Source of the DNA: Eledone cirrhosa
Taxonomy: Eukaryota
Direction: 5' to 3'
Length of the DNA stretch: 64,000 bases
Assembly (NCBI GenBank): GCA_964016885.1
Contig: OZ024742.1
Location: 239,940,001 to 240,004,000 of the forward strand
Position numbers and translations under genes: made by a program. Of this stretch, positions 55,154-64,000 are shown in pieces (the first letter of the stretch is position 1; every line of letters begins with the position of its first letter). The notes under the pieces are model-generated. The model saw only the letters and a program-made list of their open reading frames with translations. It had not been told where the DNA came from and ran no database searches.

Positions 55154-56203
55154 AATATATGAACCATCTGGTTGTGGAACCAACCAACCAACCGGAAATT
55201 TATAAATTTATTATAATAAATTGAAGTGAAAGCAACTGGTGTGTGTGTTTCTTATTGGCAACATGACCCTCCCAAAGTATAACAATATAAACATATCCTT
55301 TACTCTGAATTGAATCTGAGTTATGTGATAGTATCTCAGTCAGTATCATCAAACGTAATAGTACATTGTGGGTGTGTGTGTGTAACCTTTTAAAATGTAT
55401 ACACATATTACTACAATAAGAAATATGCTTTCCAATTACAAGGTCCTGGGTTCTGTAAATAGTTATTTCTCCCAAGTTGCTCATACATTTAATACTGTCA
55501 TTTGAACATGTATGCTGAACAATTATAGAATTATATTATAAACACTTGCATGCATCAGTAATAAACTATATAAACACAAACCATAGGATTTCCCAGTTTG
55601 TATGTCTATTCATATATCCAGTTTACCTGGTCCATTAATACCAAAACAAATGTTATTTATTCCAATGAAGACAAGTGACTGAAGGCCATCTTCCCTGCTG
55701 AGACAATGTTTTACAGCCAGATGCCGTTCCACCTCTAGTCCACTCTTCCAACACACAGAGATATGGTGTATCTATTTCTAAACCAGATTTTAAGAAACCT
55801 CAAGAGTGATCCAAGTGAAGTATTACATATGTTGGAAATCCTCAGTGGCCTATCTAACAGGGTTTATTTTAAGGAAACTTTAGAATTGCACAAATCTTTG
55901 AGACAAGTGCCATGACCCAGTGTCTGATATTCTCTGAATCTGAAAAGCATTTGTAATGGATATTTTATGAATGTTTTAAGTCTTTTAAACCATCATTAAC
56001 CATGTAAGCACATGTAGTATTTGAGACAAATTGTAAACTTGCTGCATAACATTAGATTTAGCACAGCACAAGCAGAGACTAACTGCACATTAAAATAATC
56101 ACTCATAGCTCAGACAAAAAGTGCATTAGAAGAATTTTGATACTGCAGAATAAAATCCTGGTTCCTTAGCCAAATCTGAATGCTATCTCCAATCAGATGC
56201 ATT

Positions 56204-56446
56204 TCAACCCTTTCATTACCATATTTCTAATGAAAAACACTGATTATAGTTGTTAAATCATTTTAAAAGTAATCAAGAATTTGGAGGGATTTAGTTATTC
56301 AGCTGGTCTTCGGAGAAAAATATTACAAAAGTTTTAACATAAAAATTTTGATGGAAAGTTTTTAGATAAATATGAACAGTTTAAAACAAACAGCATTGTG
56401 TCAGAACCAAGGGTAATTTCAATTGGTTTGATTTAAAAAGAGTTAA
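56204..56446 (-). mobile_element. MITE family A
   Basis: tcaaccctttcattacc ... aaaagagttaa, reverse complement of 14633-14898. Confidence 0.8.
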
Positions 56447-56495
56447 AGTATTCAAAGCATTTTATTTGATCTAGCCTGTTGTCATAGTTTACCTT

Positions 56496-56700
56496 TCCGG
56501 ATTGGCAGCACAGGTAGATATGCTTTGTGGCATGTAGTTACAGCCCTTTACATTCTGAGTTCAAATCTTATCAAGGTTAGCTTTGCCTTTTATCCTTACG
56601 GGGGTTGATAATATAAATTACTACTAATGCACTGGGGTTGGTTTAATCGACTTTCCTTTCCCCAAAAAACTGTTGGCCTTGTGCCTAAATCTGAAACCAT
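56496..56700 (+). mobile_element. SINE family A variant
   Basis: ggattggcag...gagttcaaatc...ctttgccttttatccttacggg...tggccttgtgcctaaa. Confidence 0.75.
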
Positions 56701-56707
56701 TCTTTTA

Positions 56708-57007
56708 CTAGTTTCAGTCATTAGACTGCAACCATGCTGGGGCACAACCATGAATTAGTTGATCATATCGACACCAGTACTTATTTAAATTCAAGTTTAG
56801 TACTAATTTTATCAAGCCACAAAGTTAGAGAACATAAATACACAAACACACACAGGTTTCTGCAGTTTCTGTATACCAAATTCTGTTCACAGAGCATTGT
56901 CAACCTGAAGATATAGTAGATGACATTTGAACCAAGGTGTCATGCAGCAGGACTGAACTCACAAGCACATAGTTGCAAAACAAACTCCTTAATCACACAG
57001 CCATGCC
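56708..57007 (-). mobile_element. SINE family C
   Basis: gtttcagtcattagactgcaaccatgctggggcac...ggactgaactc...cacacagccatgcc; homolog of 59658-59970. Confidence 0.7.
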
Positions 57008-57062
57008 AACTACAACTAATTCCACTGCTACAAACTGCCTGTGGTTACTGTCATTGTTATGC

Positions 57063-57278
57063 TTAACCCTTTAGTATTTACATTACTCTATATATATTAT
57101 TATATTTTTGTGGTAAAGGCTTTACCTCACATAATATCAAATAGATGAGATTTTGATATTATTTATTTTGAGAACAACACCTTAATGTCAATATGAGAGG
57201 CTGGTTACAGCCAGTTTGAACAGAAATAAGTGAGAGGATTCTGGCTGGATACGGCCGGTTTAAATGCTAAAGGGTTAA
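57063..57278 (+). mobile_element. MITE family B, complete copy
   Basis: TIRs ttaaccctttagtattta / taaatgctaaagggttaa with TTAA at both ends. Confidence 0.9.
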
Positions 57279-58405
57279 AACTATATCTTCCTGTTTCTCT
57301 GATAAATACATTTTTGAAAATTACTTGCCAGATAATTTCTGAAGACCACCTTATTGTGGGAGTCTCTTCAATATTGTGTTTCTACTAAATACCAAATTGC
57401 AAACATCACCTAATACTTCTACTCTTTCCTACCATAGATTAAATCAACCTCAAAGGTCAGTAAGTAAAAAAAATTTTTTTTTAATGAAATTTACAGCTCA
57501 TACATATGCAGATTTAGCTGGCCTTTAATGAGGTTGCATCTCAAAGGCCATTTGGGGAGCGGGAGTAAATGATAAGGCCTCAGTCCTATCATATTTCACG
57601 CCTATGCAGGTTTAACTGGCCTTCTACAAGATTGTATCACATAAAAGATATCAGGGATATTTTAATAGGGGCCCCCAGTCTCTTCATGAAAAGCAACATC
57701 AAAGAGAACAGTCAAAGCTATACATACTCGCCACGCACATATCAACGTAATTTTAATACTTATATAGAAATATTGTTTCTATAGTGGAATAAAATAGTTT
57801 ACAATACTTCATCTCTCCATAAATCTCAATTGTGACAAATGAAATGAAAGTTACAGCTCACACCTATGCATGGTTAACTGGCCTCCTATAGGTTTTGGGG
57901 GTGTTTTAAAGATAGGACCCCCAACCATATCGTTAAAAGTAACGTGAAAAGAAGTGTCTTGATCAAGAACACAATATGCCACCTGGTCCAGGTATCGAAC
58001 CCATGACCTTATGATCATTAGATGAACACCATAACTACAAAACAAAGTAAGCCTCTCAGCTGAGACAATCATTATTTGTATCTTTAGTTCACAACAGAGG
58101 AGCCACTAAGAATACAGGATATAGTATTCCCATACTCCTACGTATGACCTTTAGTAATAACAGTTATGCTAAGAAGGACTGTAGCTTTTACTGCACTCAC
58201 TCACATGTGGAGAAAATATCTAATTACAAAATATTCTCAAATAACCTTTCATAGGGCGTGCGCGTGCATGCGTGCGTGCGTGTGTGTGCATGTGCACATG
58301 TATATAATACTATTTTATTGGGTATTATGTATGTAGTAGATAAATAATAACAGCATGAACTGGCTAATGAAAGGTTGTCTCAATCTTCCCTTCTGTCCCT
58401 CTCAG

Positions 58406-58529
58406 GTATCTTGCCTCATGGACCCAGTGAACAGAACTGAAAAAGTGCTACCCTAAGGAGACGTAGTGACAGAGATATTCCAATTTGTGTGGTTCATTCT
58501 TGCAAGTGATCAACTCCATCCTGATAGCA
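58406..58529 (+). other. Candidate non-coding (UTR/lncRNA) exon
   Basis: Strong acceptor tcttcccttctgtccctctcag| and donor gca|gtgagt; stops in all three frames. Confidence 0.35.
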
Positions 58530-59025
58530 GTGAGTAGAGGGATGATACATAACTGTTTACTTTAAAGTGCTTATAATTATATCAAAACCTTTCATCATAA
58601 TTTTATATAAAACTTTTTAAGTAATGCTCCAAACATCAACCTAATAATGAAAGATTTAGTTTAATTTTACTAAATTCCTCCAGATTCTGGATTCAATACT
58701 CTAACAAAAACATGTATATTCACACACATAATAATTTTGTCTAAATTACTTATAACAGCTGATAACTAAGTTGTTTTTCATTGAAGTGTATTATAGTTCA
58801 ATTTAAGTGTGTCGGTCAAATAGTGCACTATTGTTAAAACTTGTTTTGTTACTTCCAATATATTGTTATCAAGTAATAGAATGATGACCAAGCAGATAAA
58901 TATGCTTTTGTTTTAGGGAATCTCATACATATTGTAATTTTGAATAATAATTCAGAATTAGCAAAGACTATAAATATTTTATTGATTCAAATTTTCATAT
59001 ACAGTTGTATATATTTTGCCAACAG

Positions 59026-59229
59026 GAAGAGAGAGAAAAAAGGGAGGAAATGGCAGTACATCTCAGCTGAGCCCTGCAGACAAAAAAAGCATTGCTAAGA
59101 GAACAGCCAGTGATACCCACTGCATCAGCCACTCCAACACATGCAGCTCTTGCAATTTTGCAAAGGAAAACGACTGTCTGGGGGTCAAGGACAGCAGAGG
59201 CCTTGATGGCAACCAGCACAAAGAAAATG
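59026..59229 (+). other. Candidate 204-nt exon
   Basis: Acceptor ttttgccaacag|, donor atg|gtcagt, higher GC than flanks; phase-1 frame open (RERKKGGNGSTSQLSPADKKSIAKR...QHKEN); alternatively ends in an ATG-initiated MATSTKKM. Confidence 0.4.
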
Positions 59230-59657
59230 GTCAGTCAAAGCACTATATTTAGTTACCTTCTGCCCCTATGCATTAAGGGTAGTAGTGCTCGGGTTTGTGG
59301 TCAAGGTGATAAAGCTATTTTGCTAAAAACAGAAGGTAGGTGAATTATATAGCCTATCAATATTTAACTTCCTACTTCCATACTGATTCAGCAAAAACTC
59401 AGTAACTATAAAACCTCCAATACTAATTCTGAATGCAACCAAAACCTAACCCAAATATGGCAAAATAATTTTTCACTCATATTTTAAAAAATGTTTTTTT
59501 TTTTTTTTGTTTTTTTTTTTGTTTTTTTTTTTATTGTTGAGAAAAATTATTTTCTTAATTGTGGAAATCACTAAAAAAATATTTTCTACCATCAAAATAT
59601 ATTGTGTATGTATGTTTGTGATATAGTTATACTGTTAATACAAAAATAATATTATTT

Positions 59658-59970
59658 TACTTGTTTCAGCCATTAGGCTGCCACCATGGTGATGCACTGC
59701 TATGAAGGGATCTAATCAATCACATCAAACCACACTACCTATTTTTTTTATTTGGTACTTTAGCAATCTCTTTTTGTCAAATCACTAAGTTATGGGGCAT
59801 AAACTGTAAATGTAAACAAAAAAGGCATGCAAACACACAAACATATACAGTTTCTGCCTACCAAAATTGACTCACTAAGGATTGGTCAACCTGAAGCTAC
59901 AGTAGAAGACAGACTGAACCCAAAGCAACATGGTTGTGAAATGAACACCTTTTAACCTAACAGCCATGCC
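59658..59970 (-). mobile_element. SINE family C
   Basis: acttgtttcagccattaggctgccaccatg...ctaagttatgggg...agtagaagaca...acagccatgcc. Confidence 0.7.
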
Positions 59971-60313
59971 TGTGTCTATGTATGAGGGAGTAAATGAGTG
60001 TGTGTGTGTAAGAGTGAGAGAGAGAGTGAATGAGAATGTGTGTTTTGAAAATGTGGGGGAAATATATTTTAACCACTGGATATTAATTGTGTTATCTCTC
60101 TCCATTTAATCACACGATACCTCCAACTTCAATCAGCCTCAAAGTTCTTACTGTGACTCACAATATTTTATAATTCCCTCTCTCATGCACTATTACTTTC
60201 ATACACCAACTGTCACTCACTGTCCTTTCACAGCTTCCAACTTTTACAGCATTTCATCTGCATGACAGCAAATAAAAACGAATTGCAAATTATTATCATT
60301 ATTATACAAGTAA

Positions 60314-60497
60314 CGGTGGATTGGCAGTATTGGTAGATGGTCAGACACCATGCTTTGACGCATAGAGTTACGGCCCTTGCCATTCTGAGTTCAAATCCCG
60401 CCGAGGTTAACTTTGCCTTTCATCCTTACGGGGTCGATAAAATAAAGTACCAGTAATACACTGGGTAATTGCTGACCTTGTGCCTAACATAGAAACA
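60314..60497 (+). mobile_element. SINE family A with 16-bp target-site duplication
   Basis: A/B boxes (tggcagtattggtag; gagttcaaatccc); attattatacaagtaa at 60298-60313 and 60498-60513. Confidence 0.92.
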
Positions 60498-60811
60498 ATT
60501 ATTATACAAGTAATATTGTTATATTTTGTGATATTACATTATACTAATTATTATTGTATACACAAGTAATTAAAGATAAAAATTATATTTCAATAATTTA
60601 TATCTAGGATATAATTACATAAATGTTCAGTAACTTTGGAGAAATAACTATTTACAAGAACAAATGAAAGGTTAGAAGCCAGACCTATGCAGCAACATGA
60701 CTGTACTAGAAAATATATTGTGTATTTGTGTGTATAAATTTTTAAGATTTTCAGACATTTTCACACAACACACAAAAACAGAACAAAGGAGAGACATAGA
60801 ATAACAAATCA

Positions 60812-60854
60812 GCCTCTGAGGAGGTCACAGAATGTGTGACGAAAGAGCTTTGAC
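60812..60854 (+). ncRNA. Minimal hammerhead motif in the second copy (60765-60985) of the 55-kb element
   Basis: gccu CUGAGGA G GUCACA GAAUG UGUGAC GAAA GAGCU U UGAC; stem I degraded. Confidence 0.7.
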
Positions 60855-62174
60855 AATAAATAAACAATCATCCAGTTATTGAACCAACTAACCGGAAATT
60901 TGTAAGAAATTGAAGTGAAAACCAACAAGTGTGTGCGTTTTTATTGGCAAGATGACCCTCCCAAAGTATAACAATATATATATAAATAGAAATAGAAGCT
61001 TCCACCACACTTTTTATTAAAGAAATTTTAGCATGATAGTGGGGTTTAGAATCCTCTAAGAAATGGAAAAAAGATGAGTATTGACGTACTAAAATTTCTT
61101 TAGTCAAAAATACAGCGAAAGCTTCTATTTCTATTTTTAACACTTAACAACCTGTAATGATTCAGCTAAAAATATCTAAAAACAGGTTTGTTAATTCAAA
61201 TATTTATATCTTTACTAGTGGACAGATTGTTGTGAAAATTTGCAGTATTATAGCAAAGACTACAGTCATAATGTTTTGTGCTTTCCAAGAATGGCTTATG
61301 GTTTCATATGATAGTTAAGAAAAGAAATAAAAGAGGACAAACTCCTATAACTGCCAGATTAGTTTATTTGTTATTGTATATAGATAACATTGTCACTTAG
61401 ATGGTTTCCACAACAGTTTCAGGCTGTTTAGTTCTATGCAGTTCCTTCGATTATTTAGCTTTCATTAATTGAGCTTAGATAATGTGTCAAAGATGGTGTC
61501 AACAGTAAAAACTATATAATTTTAATGTTCCTTTACTACACACACATGCACATGCATGAATCAATAAATTTACAAATAAATTGGGCAAGTTCGAAAATTC
61601 AAAATTTATCTGCTTTTGTTGTGAAATATTTTAACAAATAAAATAGGCAAATATATAGATACATCATCATCATTTTACATATGCTTTCCATGCTGGCATG
61701 GGTTTGATATGTTGTCACGTTCTGAAACTAGAGATGTCAGACTATGTCTTGCTCATACATTCCACTTTCACATGGTTTCTAAGGTTGGGTGAGCTTCCTA
61801 AAGCTGACCACTTTAGAGCATAGACTGGGTGCATTTTATCATGGCACCAGTACTACCACTTTACAGAGTGGACTAGGTGTATTTTATCATGGCACCAGCA
61901 CTACCACCTTACAGAGTTGATTAGGAGCATCAAATACAAAAACAAAAGACATCATGTAATCCTTTGATAAGGGCAGACAACTAAATGACAACATAATGTC
62001 TAATATACATTCCATATCTTCTTCATCACAGTGGTCTTAGTGCAGCTTTCATGGCAGAGGCAAACAAGAACTGAGTAGATACAGTCAAGACTAATAAAAA
62101 AAAAAATATTCGACCGCAGAGAAAACCAAAAGTTGTGGAAGTTTGTTTTATTTCAAAAAAACACACATATGTGC

Positions 62175-62432
62175 GGGTATGGACATGTAATGTGCATGGA
62201 TGATGATCACTGGGTGAAGAAGTAGCAGGAAATTCCAGTAGAAGTAAGCCACAGTAAAGGAAGACCAAGGAAGACCTGGACAGAGGTGATGAGCTGATCT
62301 CAAATCACTGAAACTCATAGATGATGATGATGATGATGAAACATGACAAGTGGAGAGATGCTGTGCTGAAAAGGATCCATCCAACCCATGCAAGTGTGGT
62401 AAAGCAGACGTAAAGACAACATTGATGATGAT
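62175..62432 (+). mobile_element. Degenerate RTE LINE 3' end
   Basis: YGHVMCMDDDHWVKK*QEIPVE...GRPRKTWTEVM; ends gcagacgtaaagac...gatgatgat; a similar relic lies at 50720-50845. Confidence 0.8.
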
Positions 62433-62915
62433 GGTGGTGCTTGTTCTGAAGGACTTGACTAGGCTTTTTACTTTATGTCTAGTGTGGTATGTATATGGAA
62501 AGTTAGGTTGGGTTTATGTGTATGGACAGTATAGCTTTGGATTGGATATATATATATACTCCAGCCAATGTTTCATATACGAAAACCATATAGGTTTTAG
62601 CCTATTCTCGTCTCTCAGTACAGAGTGAGTAAATGTCACTGATGAAGTATAAAAATTCAGGAACAGCTGTCTGGCATTCTCACCGGTTATTGAGATACCT
62701 GTAATATGACCATAGCTTAAAGCATTCATAGCGAAGACTTTCATGTTTCTTGCACATAAACATATCATATATGCTTTCATATACAACCTTCCATTATGTG
62801 TGTGTGTGTATGCACACGCACATATACCCAAATACACATTGTGCATGTATATAAAACTACAGTCATGTCTCACAAAATAAGAGTTACCAGTATGTACCAC
62901 TGCTTTGCTAACTGT

Positions 62916-63126
62916 ATAACCCTTTAGTATTTACATTACACTATATTTACTATTGTATTTTCACAGTAAAGGTCTCACATAATATCCAATCTATGAGATT
63001 TTGATATTATTTATTTTGAGAACAATACCTTAAAGTCGGTATAAGGGGTTAGTTATGGCCAGTTTGAACAGAAAGAGGTAGGAGAATTCTGGCCGGATAC
63101 GGCCAGTTTAAATACTAAAGGGTTAA
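62916..63126 (+). mobile_element. MITE family B, complete copy
   Basis: ataaccctttagtattta ... taaatactaaagggttaa. Confidence 0.88.
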
Positions 63127-63911
63127 GGTGTTTATGTAGTTTGCAAGCTGACACAGACACCCATGTGGTTCAGCAGAACATCCAGGATGTAACAGCTAGA
63201 GGAAAAGAAAGTGGTACCAGCCCTGGGCTTTCATTATTGATTAACTTTGCCTTTCATCCTTACGGGGTCGATAAAATATAGTACCAGTAATGTACTGGTT
63301 ATTTGCTGGCCTTGTGCCTAAAAATAGAAACAATTATTGACACCAAAGGGATGAAAGATAAAGTATACCTCAATGGGATTTGAAACTAGGTTTCTTTTCA
63401 CCCTGAAGCAGCCTTTAGTTCTACTTTACAAAACTGTATATTTTAATGGGTTTACATTTAACTAAAAATCTTTCATCATAATTTTATGCAAGAACCTTTA
63501 AGCTGATAAAAATGAAATGAAATGAAATTTACAGAACACATGTAGGTTTAGCTGAGCTCCTACAAAGTTGTATCTAATAGGAGGTTTCTCAAATGTTTTA
63601 TCCTGAAAAGCAATATGAAATAAAGCATCTTGCTCAAAACGCAATGAACTTATTATTGTGAATTCAACACCGTAACCACTACACCCCATGCCTTCACTTC
63701 TTTATCAAATTCTTGATTATTTTCAAAATTTTATTGAAAATTGTAAGCAATGTGTTCTGTTAGAAATGCGGTAATTAACGATTTAACCCCTTTGCTACCA
63801 AACTACTTGAAACTGTCCCTAATTCCACAATACCAAACTATTGTTTTAAGATGTCTGTATCATATTTGTATGTAAGAGTCTTTATTAAGATAGGTTTCAA
63901 ACACCAACTTT

Positions 63912-64000
63912 ATAATTGTTTCTACTTTTGGCACAAGGCCAGCAATTACCCAGTACATTACTGGTACTTTATTTTAATGACCCCATAAGGATGAAAGGCA
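63912..64000 (-). mobile_element. SINE family A 3' part, running off the window
   Basis: ataattgtttctacttttggcacaaggccagcaattacccagtacattactggtactttatttt...aaggatgaaaggca. Confidence 0.85.

Overview
AT-rich, repeat-saturated eukaryotic (animal) DNA, essentially intronic or intergenic. The SINE repertoire, RTE-type LINE fragments with (GAT)n tails and very large TA/TACA microsatellites suggest an octopus/cephalopod genome (inference). No complete protein-coding gene is present. The only recognisable protein sequence is from 5'-truncated RTE-clade LINE C-termini; there are also four unidentified candidate exons. The window contains three TTAA-flanked piggyBac-type MITE families, a hAT MITE with a perfect 8-bp TSD, several SINE families, a four-level nest of Helitrons inside a MITE (10.8-13.9 kb) and a ~9.5 kb microsatellite field (21.8-31.3 kb). 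The most interesting signal is seven minimal hammerhead-ribozyme motifs from five unrelated short non-coding element families, mostly in or beside TA/TACA tracts. Two lie in the loop of long fold-back inverted repeats, and one carries the compensatory U3-A8 core pair. These look like non-autonomous Penelope-like/retrozyme-type elements. All alignments and folds were done by eye, and boundaries of degraded repeats are approximate.
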